NCBI GenBank assembly: GCA_013239625.1
Contig: MU054212.1
Coordinates: 1,426,001-1,490,000, forward strand
DNA: 64,000 nucleotides
Direction: 5' to 3'
From: Lama guanicoe
Taxonomy: Eukaryota
Shown: positions 1 to 12,772 of the stretch, piece by piece
How the letters are laid out: each line of letters starts with the position of its first letter
Position numbering within the stretch: position 1 is the stretch's first letter
Position numbers and translations under genes: made by a program
Notes under the pieces: model-generated
Databases searched by the model: none
Seen by the model: the letters and a program-made list of their open reading frames with translations, nothing else
What the model was told of the DNA's origin: nothing

Positions 1-979
1 ACAAAATCCCAATGACTCTGAAGACTTACCACTTAAGTCTTATGTCTCATAAAGGTCTTCAAGAAAACATCCCCTCCAGCTTCTGCCTGCATCCTCTGCA
101 GGGCTCAGACCTGTCCTGCAGGCTGGGCTCAGAGCTAACCCTATATTGCCACATCAATTTCAGCTTCTCTCCATCTGTGCTCCGTTACAGGCTCCATTCT
201 TCTAGACAGAAAGATCCTTGGGGCTGCCTGGGGGCCAGCCAGACCCTTAATCTGCATTTCAGCTCATCTGTGACCTTGGCTCTAAGCCCCTCAGATAGTT
301 GGAGCTCAATGTATATGTTCTCTCTTCCTTAGGTTTAGAAATGAGGTGTTGAGACAGGAATGTAGTCAGTCTTGCTCCTTTTATGAGTATGTTCAGTGAC
401 TAACTCTGGTTATACAATCTAGGAAATATTTTATTTTCTGAGCGCATTTTTGGATATAACCCTCCAACTCCATGAAAATAACATAAATAACTGTTTTATG
501 CTATTCTGTTTTTCAAAGTACATATTAGAGACATTTAAAATATATTGGGTTTGACCACATGAAGCTGTATTTATAGGTAAAAGGTGGTTAAGTATTGGTG
601 ATCTCTTATGGCACAACTTAAGTGAGAATCATTTGTAAATGGGCCAGTTTAATTATCTGAAAGGGAAGAGAAAAGGATGGATTGGATGCAGCATTGTCTC
701 TGGGATCCCTTGGTCTTCTCTCCTTCTAGCCATAGCTCCTCGCTAGCTCCTGTTTCCCTTGTTACAATTCTGCTTTCTAAAAACTCTGACCTGATCATCT
801 AATCCAAGCCTACTCCATCAATAGACGCCTGAGTTATAATACCACCTTTCAGTTTTCCTTAGAAGGTCAACCATCAGCCTTAGGAGGATAGCAATCTGAT
901 TAAGCTTATCATGCACTTAGGATGTGAATGACTGATAACTTTGTTTAGCGTTCTATAGTATCACTAGTGCCATTCACAA

Positions 980-1262
980 GTAGTTGTATTCTCGCCTTCT
1001 CTTGGGCATATGGTTGGGTCACCTCTTCATTTTTTTCTTTTTTGCCTTCGTTTTGAAGTTAGGTGTAGTCACGTACATCTTGACTTAGTTAATAAAATAA
1101 TGTGAATGACACATACCCCTTCTAAGAGGAAGCTTTAGGAAAGGAGCAATTTCAAGTACTCCCTTTCAACAGTAGGGGGGTTGTGAATAGCCTGCTAATA
1201 TGACGCCTCTGTTGGTGTGGGTTCCTGAGTGAATACCATGAGCAGAACCCCATGACAACCCA
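980..1262 (+). mobile_element. Old MaLR LTR fragment (MLT1I/J-like)
   Basis: Degenerate MLT1 motifs: ttctcttgggcatatgg, tttgaagttaggtgtagtcacgt, gggttcctgagtgaataccatgagcagaacccc. Boundaries approximate. Confidence 0.5.
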
Positions 1263-1269
1263 TTATTCC

Positions 1270-1830
1270 TGCTCCAGCCAGTGAGGTCAACACATGGGAA
1301 GGAATGGTCTAATCCACACAGTTATTCAGGAACCCAAGGTCCTCCCACTTAGTGGGTCCCCTGGGGCAAGGTTTGGAAAACTATGGCCTCTGGCTAAATC
1401 CAACCTCTTTTTTTGTAAGTTAAGATTTATTGGAACACAGACATTCACTTATGGATGGATGCTGTCCTGCTGCAATGGCAGGGTTGAGTAGACATGACAG
1501 AAACTAGAGCCCCCAAAGCTTAAATCATTTACTTTCTCACCTTTTATAGAAAAAGTTTCCTGGCTTCTGCCGCAGGGCCTTGGAGTCTTCCCCTGAATCC
1601 TGTAAGTCTGGCTGGTGGTTGAAGGAAAAGAGAGAATAGGAAGGATTGCATGGGCAGTTTTGTAACCCATTCCTGAAGGTGGAGTACACCACTTTGATCC
1701 ACATTCCAGTGTCCAGAACTCAGTTCACCTGACCACATCTCATTACAAGAGAGGCTGAGATGGTCTGGCTGTGTATCTAGGAGGAAAAGGTAAATGATTT
1801 GGTGAGCAATCACTGCCACATCTGCCTACG
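1270..1830 (-). mobile_element. Old MaLR LTR (MLT1K/L-like), split by a MER58A insertion
   Basis: Reverse complement of 1690-1830 reads like an MLT1 5' end (ttttcctcctagatacacagccagacc...gaactgagttctggacactggaatgtgg). The LTR sequence continues across the MER58A copy. Confidence 0.6.
1367..1569 (+). mobile_element. MER58A-like hAT-Charlie MITE
   Basis: caaggtttggaaaactatggcctctggctaaatcc...ttttatagaaaaagtttcctggcttctg; about 200 bp with degenerate terminal inverted repeats. Confidence 0.8.
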
Positions 1831-2971
1831 TGTGGGGTCAGCTTGGCTGCTGTGCTCTCTCCAGTCAGCCCCAGCTGGGGCAATAGCCATTGAAAATTAG
1901 GACTGATTCTTCTGCTTTTACACTGAGCTTCCTTGGTCTGATCGACTCTAGGAGTGGAGACTACTTCTATGGCCTTGGTCCTCACTCAGTGATTACCCAC
2001 ACATAACCAGTCCACAGTGACTCACGGTGACTAGTGCTGGGGAGAGTCTAGCTTAAGCCTAGGTTTCACTCTGTTCCATTGTTAGAGCAACTTCTGCATC
2101 ACAGTGCAGGAAACTGTAGTCTGGCACTGGAAATGTTTTGATCTCATACTTGGAATGCAGAACATAATGGTATCAATCTCTGAAAATCAAATGAAATCTT
2201 GTGGGAGTACGTTAGGTCCAATGAATAAAATTATATAAAACAATTTCATACTTGACATTTACTGAGAAGGGCTTAACTTTTCCTACATATTTTAGTCTGT
2301 TCAGCTGGTATTATTTATTCATATCTCTTTCCCCATTTGGTTCACAATTTATCTTTTGGGAGCCCAGAATTAAACTGTAAAAATGTATATATGCTAGACA
2401 CTGTTTTATGTTCCTTCTATGGAGAAGTCATCAAAATCTCTAACAGAATAAGATTCAGCCTATTACAGGGGTGATTTAGCTGAAATAAAATGTAATGTTT
2501 AACTCAGAGAAGCTGGAAAAAAATGAAATTTAAGAATGTGGAATTGAATAATCAGTTGGTGAAATGACAGTGGTTTCTTTATCAGTCTCCCAGTTGAAAG
2601 AATATTAGGACATCAAGATTATGACTGGTCAGAGCCAAATGAGGATTCATGATAACCCAGAAGAACAAGATTGGCATCTGATTCCAGTGATAACAGATTG
2701 CTCCCTAACACTGACAGAGTTAAATAAAAGACGTTCAGTGTGTTCTGTGTCATGCTTTTGTTGCACGATCATATTTTGTGGTTATAATGTTAACAAATTA
2801 AAACAGGGCAGTTTTTGACACCACTGTGACTAAACATTTCCTTGGATATTGCATAAGACAAGGGGAAGTTCATGCACAAGAAAATGAGCAGGACTTCTAT
2901 GAGAAACATGGTTTGGGGAGGGAAATTAGAGAAGGAAGACTCATGGAGCGTATGTGAAAAGCCAGGATCCG

Positions 2972-3426
2972 TGTATTACTTTTCTAGGGTTGGTGTGACA
3001 AAGTACCACAAACTAATTGGCTTAAAACACCAGACGTTTGTATTTTCATCATTCTGGAGGCTAGACATCTGACGTCAAGGAGTCTGCAGGGCTGTGCTCT
3101 CGCTGAAGGCTCTAAGGGAGGGTCCTTCCTTGATCTTCCTAGATTCTGGTTGCTGGAAATCGCAGACATTCTTTGGCTTGTGGTTGCATCACTCTAATCT
3201 CTGCCTCCATTGTCACACATCAGTCTCCGTGGTGTGTGTATGTGTATGTTTTCTTGTCATAAGTACACTAATTATATTGGATTACGGTCCATCCTCATCC
3301 GGTATGACCTCATTTTAACTCCATTACATCTGCAAAGACCCTATTTCCAAATAAGGCCACATTCACAGGTTCTAGCAGTTAGGACTTCAACATGTCTTTT
3401 AGGGGGACAGAACTCAATCCATAACA
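2972..3426 (-). mobile_element. MLT1C-like MaLR solo LTR, full length
   Basis: TG...CA termini, 5-bp flanks atccg/atcag (TSD with one mismatch), motifs caaagtaccacaaact and caaagaccctatttccaaataaggccacattcacagg. Confidence 0.9.
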
Positions 3427-3597
3427 ATCAGTAACTGAAGTTGTCTATGCTCTGTCTTGAGATGGATAGAACAATCCACAGAAAGAGAATGACCACTTGG
3501 AACCATTACGTAAAATTCAAAACAAGGGAGAAAATACATCTTCATTAGGGTTGACTAGGACAGTAACAACAAAGACTTGCCAATTTCTCTATATCAG

Positions 3598-3700
3598 CCT
3601 CTGAGAGCTTTACGTATGTTATTTAATTCTCACAAAGATCCTATGTTATAGGTATTTTAGCCCATTTTACAGATAAGGGAATTGAAGCATAAAGAGGCAA
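3598..3700 (-). mobile_element. MIR SINE fragment
   Basis: MIR core in reverse: atttaattctcacaa...cccattttacagataagggaattgaagc. Confidence 0.7.
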
Positions 3701-4179
3701 ATGTGGAGTTGAGAACAAAAACCCCCAAGAAAATAACTGGAAAGGGTGCTTGGGTGGTGGGAGATCTCAGGTGGGGACAGCCTAAGGCATCCAGAGCATA
3801 GGTAACTGCCCACCCAGAGCAATTTCAGGAACCAGTGGAGCTGCCATGAATGGAAGCTTCACCCTCTTTAGACTTGCCTACATACTTGAAGCTGCCTGAA
3901 ATTCCACAATAGAAATTTTACTCATTGAACCAAAGGTTAAAATCCCAGCTAGTTTGGAAGGGGTGTCGGACATAATGACATAAACTGAGTCTGTGTTCAG
4001 GAATCTAAAAGGATTGGCACATTATCATCCAAATCACAGAGGATAACAGATGACCTGCAAATTTATTTACTGTTCTTACCCGCTGAAATTGCCCTGAAAG
4101 AGGGATCTTTTGGGTGATTATAGATGAAGATACGTATGTAATATGTAATCTATATATATGTAAATCCAGAGTGTGGATT

Positions 4180-4432
4180 GTCATGATTAAGGTCACAGTT
4201 CTGGAGGTGGACAGCTTACATTCAAATTCTAGCTTTGTTCTCTAAGCCTTGTGGCCTGAAATATGTTACTAAATCTTCTCTATGCTTTAGTTTTCCCATC
4301 TATAAAATCGGGATGCTAATAACTGTGTCTACCTTATAACGTTGTTCGGAGGGTTAAATGTGTAAATAGGTGCTTTAAAACAGTATCTAGCACATAGTAA
4401 GTGTATGTAAGCACTTGTTTTTATTATTATAT
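4180..4432 (+). mobile_element. MIR SINE, near full length
   Basis: gattaaggtcacagttctggag...agttttcccatctataaaatcggg...tagcacatagtaag. Confidence 0.85.
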
Positions 4433-5218
4433 ATGTGTTAAAGATGAGATAAATACTGTATGAAATTATGCTTTCGCTTTTGTTGCTGGACATTGGGAGA
4501 AGGTGTTAGAAAATGTACGTTAGGTAGGGAAGTTGAGGGCTCATCATTTTATATGTAAGTACTGCTAGATACACATTTAGTTTATCTGAAACTTGATGTC
4601 ATTATTATATGCAGAGTTGTCTGCCAGCCTCTCAGAAGGACTCAGTTTTGTTTCCTTTTATCTTTTATCAACACATTACGGAATTTTATGCTGCCTAAAA
4701 AACAGAGTTCAAACTATTTTTCTGTTTTATATGACCAGGCTACCAGACTGCATTTGGAGTTTCCCTTCAATAGCACCGACTAGCACAGTGGGATAAGGAT
4801 GAGTGTCCCTGGTGTAGGCTTAATCTCCTCTGAGCTTATCAGTTGGTTATTGGTTGATGACAGGATCTCATGAGGAAGTGAATGACTGCTTTAAAAAATT
4901 TTAGCTCTGTAACTCCCAGATGAGTTTGTATTTAAAAAACTGATAATTTGTGGGGTCATTCCTCATCCTTTTCCTACCCTTTAGTGGAGATCCTGCCATT
5001 ACTCTTGAGTGCTGAGGAGTTCCATATCACTGCCTGTAGTTGAGTAGGAAGTGGCAGGGCAAGAACTAAGTCAAATAGGTACCCCTTTAACAATCTCTGA
5101 ATTGTGATATAAATCAAGAGTGTATGGGACAGATATGACTTGAAAAATGCAGGCAACAAAGAAAAAAATAGATGAACTACATCAAAATTAAAATTCTTAT
5201 ATCAAAAGACATTATCAA

Positions 5219-5578
5219 GCCAAAAAGAGAACAAAATACCATATGATATCACTCGTGTGGAAGGACAGAATGAACTCATCTACAAAACAGAAACAGACTT
5301 GTAGACATAGTAAACAATCATATGGTTACCAGAGAAAGGGGGTGGGAAGGGATAAATTTGGGAGTTTGAGATTTACAAATGTTAGCCACTATATATAAAA
5401 ACAGATTTTAAAAAGTTTCTGCTGTGTAGCACAGGGAACTATGTTCAATATCTTATAATAACCTTTAAAGAAAAAGAATGTGAAAACAAATTAATATGTA
5501 TATATGCATGACTGGGACATTGTGCTGTACACCAGAAATTGACACATTGTAACTGATGGTACTTTAATTAAAAAAAAA
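5219..5578 (+). mobile_element. Younger artiodactyl-type L1 3' end nested in the older L1
   Basis: L1 3' UTR (tagcacagggaactatgttcaatatctt...tgtgctgtacaccagaaattgacacattgtaactga), poly(A), and a 15-bp TSD aaaagacattatcaa (5204-5218) / aaaagacactgtcaa (5579-5593) with 2 mismatches. Confidence 0.9.
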
Positions 5579-6267
5579 AAAAGACACTGTCAATAGCGTG
5601 AAAAGGCAACCTACAGACTGGGAGAAAATATTTGAAAATCATATAGCTGATAAAGGGTTAATATCCAGCATATATAAAGAACCCCTACAGCTCAACAACA
5701 AGAAAACAAACAACCTAATTCAAAGGACTTGAATATTCCCCCAATAAGATATACAAATGGTCAGAAAGCACACAAAAAGATAGCTCAACCTCACTAATCA
5801 TTCAGGAAATGCAAATAAAGAATGAGATACCGCCTCCTACCCATTAGGATGGCTATTATCAAAAGAAAAAAGACAAAAAAAAACAAGTGTCAGGATGTAC
5901 AGAAAATGGAATCTGTACACTGCTGGTATGGATAAAAAATGGTGCAGACATGATGGAAGACAGTATGGAGGTTCCTCAAAAAATTAAAAACGGATCTACC
6001 ATGTGATCTAGTGATTCTACTTCTGATTATATAATCAGAAGAATTGAAAGCAGAGCCTTTAACAGATATTTGTACACTCATGTAGGTTATAGCGTTATGC
6101 ACAGTAGCCAGAAAGTGGACAAAACAAATGTCCCTCAACACTTGAATGAATAAAATGTAGTATATTATTCAGCCTTAAAAAGGAATGCAATTCTAACATA
6201 TGCTACGTCATGGATGAACCATGAAACCATTATGCAAAGTGAAATAAGCCAGTCCCCAAGAGACAAG

Positions 6268-6304
6268 TACTGCATGATTCTGCTTACTGCATGATTCTGC
6301 TTAC
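6268..6304 (+). repeat. 17-bp tandem duplication inside L1
   Basis: tactgcatgattctgct twice, exactly, plus tac. Confidence 0.95.
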
Positions 6305-7182
6305 ATCAGGTACCTAGAATAGACAGATTCATAGAGACAGAAAGTATAATGGTGGTTTCCAGGTGCCGGGGGCGGGGGAAATGGTGAATTAGTATTTAAT
6401 GGGTAAAAAGTTTTGGTTTTGGAAAATGAAAAGTATTCTGGAGATGGATGGTGGTTGCACAGCAGTGTGAGTGTACCTAATGCCACTGAATTGTATACTG
6501 AGAAATGGCTAAATTTTACACTTTTTTTTTTTAAACCACAAACAAAACGAAAGAGTGTATGGGATGCTTCTCGTTTCCTCAGTACCAAAAATCCATCCTC
6601 CTGTTTCAGAGGTATCTTCAATGAGTGAAATAATCTCACATCCACGGTGGGTTAAGTGCATCTGCTCATGTTGGTGAGTGTCTGGTCTCCTAATTCTGTT
6701 GCTCGCAGGGGCTGGGAGATGGGCTGCTGTTGCTCCACACTCCCGTCACCACCATGGTCGATGTTCGCTCCTGAAATTCTCTGTGCAGGATTTTCATCTA
6801 AGCCCTTGCCACTCCCCACCACCCTACCCCGCCCCAGTGCCCTGCCCCTTCCCTAATCTACTGTGTCAGGCCCCCTCTAACTGGGCATTTCACTTCCTGC
6901 CTCTCTAGTTACCTTCTGTTGGGGAGGATTTTAAACTTCTCAACAAAGTTTCTGTTCTTTCCCTGCCTTCGTCAAGGAGAGGGATGAGGTGTGAGAGCTT
7001 ACCTTGTGTTTGAGGCCCCAAATGATCAGTTTTTTCTAAAGTGCTCCTTAACTAAGAGGAGAGAAGAGCGCCTCAAGATGAGAGTGTTTTTCCATTGACA
7101 AGGTTTTATTTCTCCCCTTTCCCGGAGTGACCGGGAAGTAAATGGACAGCACAATTAGCCAAGGAGAAACAGTTTAGCTGCA

Positions 7183-7206
7183 GTGTGTGTGTGTGTATGT
7201 GTGTAT
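7183..7206. repeat. (GT)n microsatellite, imperfect
   Basis: gtgtgtgtgtgtgtatgtgtgtat. Confidence 0.85.
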
Positions 7207-7299
7207 GCACAGTCTGCACGAAATGGGGTGGGGGAGGTAGAGAGCATTCACTAAACCTCATTTGTCTTTGATGTCCCATGACTCTTCAGGTTTCCTTTA

Positions 7300-8790
7300 C
7301 TTTAATCTTATTTTATTTTGATAAAATTTTGACTTACAGAAAATTTTCTGAACTCTTGAGAGTAAATTGAAAGCATGGTGTCCCTCTACCCCGAAACACG
7401 TCAATGTGCGCTTCTTATAGCCAAGGACATTTTCTTACATTAGAACAATTATCAAAATGAGGAACTTTAACACTGATACACTATTACTGTTTAATCTACT
7501 CTTCATATCCAAATTTCATAAATTTTTCAAATAAGGTATCTCAGATTTAGAGTTATCATTCCATGTTCAGGGTCTAATCCAGTATCACACGTTACATTTT
7601 GTTGTGTCTCTTTAGTTGTCCCTAATTTGGATCACTTCCTTATCCTTTCTTCATCTTTCTTCATTTTCATATTTTTGCTCAATTTAAAATTTATTTTTAT
7701 GTGAAATGTGAGATATGGATACAACTTAATTTTTTTCTGATAGCTAGACAATACTACTTATTTTATAATCTGTTTTTTCCCCATGATTTTAAAATGTCTA
7801 CATTATCATATATTAAATTCCTATACATACTTGGGTCTGTTTCTCAGTTTTTCTGTTCTATTTGATCTATCTGTGTTTTGTGAACTGTACTATACTTAAA
7901 AGAATTCTAACTTTACAATATATCTCAATATCTAGCATAGCTAGCCTCCTTTCTTTATTTTTCTTTTTCAGATTTTTTTTTTTGGTATATTCTTGTCCAT
8001 TATTTTTCTTTAATTCTATTAAGTGTTTTTGTTAGGATTGTTTTAAATTCATTGATTAATTTGAGGAGAACTGACATCTTTATAATTTGATTTTCTCTGT
8101 TTCAGAAAATGGTTGTCTTTCCATTCATTTATTTGTCTTTCTGCCCTTTAGTAATGTTCTAAAGTTTACTTAATGTAAATTTTGCATATTTTTCTAGGTT
8201 TATTCCTAGATACTTTAATTTTTCTTTTTTGCTATTGCAAATGGGGTCTTTTCCATTTTACAAAATAACTGGTAGTTGTACGTGAAATATATAATGGCTA
8301 TTAAAGTATATGTAATAATGTTGCTAGTCATACTGTAACTTGTTCTTAGTTTTAATAATAGTTTTGCAATTGATTCTATTGTTTTTCTTTAGAAACTATT
8401 ACACTACTTCAAATAATGATAATTTTCTTTTCTCACTTTTATGCTTTATCTCTTTTTCTTGTTTTGTTATATTGGCTGATGTATCCAAAATAATATAAGT
8501 AGTAATTGATATAATGGACGTCTTTGTTTTGTTTCTCATTTTGTTGAGAATATGTATGGTTTTTTTCCCCATTAAGTATGATGGTGATTTTGGGGTTGAG
8601 ATAGACATATTGTATCATGCTAAGGAAGTATTCATCTTTTCCTGTTTTGTTAAAATTAAAAAAATAAAAAGCAGGTAGTGAAAATTTCAAATATCTTTTC
8701 AACATTTATGGAGGCTGTCGTAAGTGTTTTTACTTTTGACCCATTAACGGATTTCTTAGTATTTTTGGAATAATCCCAATGGAATGGATA
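7300..8790 (-). mobile_element. Ancient LINE-1 remnants (L1MC/ME-like 3' UTR followed by ORF2 RT-region fragments)
   Basis: T-rich plus strand. ORF 8439..8705(-) contains YVYLNPKITIILNGEK, resembling the L1 ORF2 motif IYDKPTANIILNGEK. 7300-7680 resembles an L1MC 3' UTR (ccaaggacattttcttacat). Confidence 0.75.
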
Positions 8791-9099
8791 TGAGACTCTT
8801 GATCTCTAGTACTAAATTGCTGTGTAGAAAGATAGCTTTGGCTTATTATCCTACCACAGATAAATCAGAGCAGCTAACGTGAGTAATGTTGGGAAGGTGA
8901 TCAGTGGTATTCCGCAGTGAAAAATTACCACTAAAGAGATGAGGAGTGGGCAGACATTCAACCTGAGTCTGTTAATGGGGGAAAATATTTTGGTATAAGC
9001 ACCCCGTTTTTTCAGCACAAGCCTATAGCTAAAGAAAAGTTCAAAACCCACTCACCCACTCACATAGAACCATGATACCTCTGGCTTATGCAACACTGT

Positions 9100-9560
9100 T
9101 TTGGGTACCTATGGGAAGAATTGTGTATATTATTCAGCAATGCAGATAGGCAAAATCTAACGAATATGAGCACAAAAAGAAATTTATTGTCTCCTGTAAT
9201 TTGGAAATCTAAGAGAGTGGAGCTGACTTTAGGTACTCCTGGATCCAAGGGTTCAAATACTATTGTCAAGACTGTTCTTCATTTTTTTGGCCCTTAGCTA
9301 CTTTTGTTGACTTCATGCTTAGAAAGACATTCTCTCTATCAAAGCCAAAACAGCCACCAGCTGTTCTAGGTGTACATTCTCCTTTATTGTCCTTGAGCTG
9401 AGAAGAGACACCGTTTCCCTCCTAGTATCAAAATAATTTTTGTAAAATAACTAGCTCTGCTATGTCATAGATCTGTCTGCTTTCCAGTCACTTTGCCCAT
9501 GGAATGGGGACATTTTAATTTTGATTTTGATCTGGTTTGTGTTTGCCTCTGCAATGGGGA
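9100..9560 (-). mobile_element. Highly diverged MaLR (MLT1-type) LTR
   Basis: aaagaaatttattgtctcctgtaa, gactttaggtactcctggatccaagggttcaaa, ccagtcactttgcccatggaatggg. Confidence 0.45.
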
Positions 9561-10929
9561 AGCCAAGCAGTCAATGAGCAATAGGTGACCACTGAGGTGG
9601 TAGAAGCAGGAAATTCAAGAAGTTTCCTGGTATTAGATCAAATCTTCATCCTGTGTCTTGAAGGAATTAAATATTTCCTCTTCAACTTATGCAGAAAGAC
9701 ACTATGATCCTTTGAATTACCTGAACAGCCTCTGAAATTTTAATATTTTTATCTTCTTCCAGCCAGATCATGGGAGGCCAGCATCCTGGCTGTAAATATG
9801 CTTGAATATTATTTTAAAGCCTGTTAAATTAAATATACAAACCTTGGGCAACATGGAATTGCCATGAATTTGACTGTTATCTTAATGTGTCAGGAAATAC
9901 TTTGTGATGTTTTCCTCAAAAGTGACAAAGAAAATAGATTGAAATTAATTCTTTTTAGTCAATTAACTTCATGGCAACATGCATATACTTTGGAGGTTAA
10001 GGATGTTGGGAAAACAAGCATCCATTGAGGAAGAAATTGAATAGAAAGAATTGAAAGAGGATTCCTCACAAAATACAAGTGAGAGATGTTTTGACAGTAA
10101 TGGGAGTATCAAGGGCTGAATTGGCCCTTAAATTGTGTTCATTAACAGTTGTGTGTTTCTTTGAGGTTTATTAAGACCCTTGAGAGGAGACTAACAAATT
10201 TCAACACAGAGAAATAAAGATGCTCATTTAGGACTACAACATGTTTCCCCTGAGCTTTTTTTAAATGTTATTTTTGACACACTTTTTTGGCATTTTGACA
10301 TGCTGCTGTTACAAATCCAGTCACAGCACAGTACTTCCATTAGACAAAAACAACAGCTTTTTTTTTCCTCTCTCTAGGCAAAGAAGAGTTTGAAGTGAGA
10401 TTTGAATTGACTTTCAAGGGTTCTTCAGTGAAGGGAACGAGTTGAGGAAATAAAATTAAGATGATATTAGTGTGATGAGAGGAGGCTAGGCCCCTACTTC
10501 CTTCTCTAGTAACCCAATCTCTACCAGCTGAGTAGCTGTGGGGGACAAGATCCCTATTGCAGAACATCCTTGACCTTGTCCTCAGGCATTTTGGAAAGCA
10601 GAAGACCTCACACAGATACTGTGCAGTTGCCAGAAGATGGAGGGAGTTTGGCTTTTTGCCAGAGAAGAAACTGAGTGTAACATCTCAAGGTTGCTGTCCA
10701 GACAACTGTAATCTAAAGTCTTTGACAAGAATTTAGGCAGACCTTGAGAAAATTTGGGATGTGGAGAAGCCATTTCTCCAGTGTTTCAGGGATATCTAAG
10801 CTCTGAAGCCAACTCTCACTCTACTCATCAGTCTTCCTGCCTTGCTCTTTCCCCTTTGATTACCCCTCATCTGTATGACTAACAGGATATAAGGCACTGA
10901 GTTACCAAGACATATACAGCATGTGCCCA

Positions 10930-11135
10930 GCCCTGGTGAAGTGGAGTCACTGAGGCCTTTGAGCCCATTTCTACCTCCTGCTTATTAGTTAGATACAGAG
11001 AAATGTCCTTAACTTTCTTGAGCATCCATTTCCCAACTTACAACATGGGGATATATATATTTACCTCATGGGGACATTGTGAGGCTTAATGTACTCAGCA
11101 CCATGTTCAGAATGGAATAGCTGTTCAATCAAGTT
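10930..11135 (+). mobile_element. MIR SINE
   Basis: cttaactttcttgagcatccatttcccaacttacaacatgggg...ttacctcatggggacattgtgaggcttaa. Confidence 0.65.
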
Positions 11136-11404
11136 TGGTTTCTCTTCTCTTCTTCCTTTTTTTGGGGGACATGAGATGTAAATGTATGAAAAAGTGATTA
11201 GCATTAGTGGAATATTTTCAGACACACAAACTTCTGATCTTAACCCTATTCATCAAGCAAGCTGTGAGTATGGAAGACTGAAAAATAACTTTCTATGGTG
11301 ATACACATACTATTCTATCAGTAGTGTAAAGAGTTCTTTAGAAATATATATAAACTGGTTAAAGAGAAACTGGATAAGGTGGCTGAATCAAATGAATAAG
11401 AATG

Positions 11405-11632
11405 GGCTAATAGAGTAGAATAGCAGGGTTGTGCAGTTAGACTACCTGGGGTCAAATACTGGCTGTACTTCCTGCTTCTTGATTAACTGTTTGACCTTCT
11501 GTGCCTCATTCCTCTCATCTGTATATGGGGTCATCACAGGGGATGACAACAGGAGGATTAACTGCAGTAACGATCATAAAGCATGTAGACAGGGCTGGCG
11601 TGGTACATGGATCCTTAATGTTAGCTGTTATT
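11405..11632 (+). mobile_element. MIR SINE
   Basis: agactacctggggtcaaatactggct...tctgtgcctcattcctctcatctgta...taatgttagctgttatta. Confidence 0.8.
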
Positions 11633-12423
11633 AGCAATACGAAATGCAAATGTGGGCAAAGTTGGCTGTTAATGCATGTCTGTGAGGGAGTAAGGACCAG
11701 GAAACAGTTTCTAATGCAATTTGAGGTTTTTCTGTACAAGCATGGATTGTTCCAAAAGGTGTTAAGGCATTTGGGAGGTCGCCGTTTAGAAGGGGTTTAA
11801 CCAATGGCTAACCGCCGTGCTTCCCCCGCCTCACACAGTAGATCAGTGCCAGGTCTGTGCACGAAGCATTACTCATGCTGTCTCTTTACACAGCAGTTAA
11901 CCTTACTTGTCACTGCATCCGGTGGGAGATCAAGATTGCTGAAATTACGAAGGTGGCACAATAAATCATGGTCACTTCTTGACATGGCCAGATAAAGCAT
12001 CTGGAAAGAGTCTCAGCACAATGTCAGCTCAAAGTTGAAATGCAAAGTTTTTAACATACTCATTTTCTGTTTTTACTGTCATCCTGATTTTTCCTTCTTT
12101 CCCCGTGACTCAAATGAGTGAATGAGAGATCAATCTTGGCAGCTCAGTGGGTTAATTCACAATGCATAGTTTTTCTTTCTTTTTCCTTTTTCCCCCCTCC
12201 ATTGTGACTTAAGGATGAAATAATTGAGCAAACGTAACTTGAGGTAGTGAGAGAACTGTTTTCAGTCAAGAAATCTCAAGTTTGAGTCTTTCGTTTTCTA
12301 AATACAGATCTCTTCAGCTGTATTCCTGGGAGCTAGCAGCGCACCTGAAACACAGCAGGAACCTACTGTGAAATGGCTGAATGGCAGTTCTGGCCTTCTG
12401 GCTCTCTCACGCTTGGTTTTGTT

Positions 12424-12520
12424 TCTCCTGTTCTTTATCAAGATCTTCTCAACTGACCCCTCAAGTGTCTCCCAGGTATCGACTGGTTAAACACTTCTGG
12501 AAGAGCTGCCTTGGTTTAGC
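12424..12520 (+). repeat. Left arm (inferred donor) of a dispersed inverted repeat
   Basis: 12424-12512 is the exact reverse complement of 14574-14662 (89/89). 12513-12520 matches 14562-14569 beyond a 4-bp indel. Confidence 0.97.
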
Positions 12521-12629
12521 TTTATTCCTACCCCACTTGGACCCCGAGGCCTATAACTAACCACATACTTGCCCTTGTGAGGACTTACAGCCTTGACCTG
12601 GCTCCATTCAGTAATCTGTTTCCCTGGCT

Positions 12630-12772
12630 CCTAATACTGGGCAATTGGATTTTATGAGAGCTATAAATCTCTCCCCAGAAAAATGCACAGACACACAAAG
12701 CACACAAAGTTTGGCACATGATTTTTTTGGATCTTTTGGGAGTACCTTTATGGATCCAAGATAAAGACCCTG
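12630..12772 (+). mobile_element. Ancient hAT-Charlie-type MITE fragment, family unresolved
   Basis: atgagagctataaatctctccccagaaaaatgcacagacacac...atggatccaagataaagaccctg. A related terminal fragment lies in reverse at about 31270-31331. Confidence 0.5.

Larger units (their letters stand above)
5120..6535 (+). mobile_element. 5'-truncated old LINE-1 (L1MB-like): ORF2 3' end plus 3' UTR, interrupted by a younger L1
   Basis: aaaaggcaacctacagactgggagaaaatatttg, gaaatgcaaat, tggatgaaccatgaaaccattatgcaaagtgaaataagccag and an L1MB-type 3' UTR (ttctggagatggatggtggttgcacagc). No intact ORF. Confidence 0.9.
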
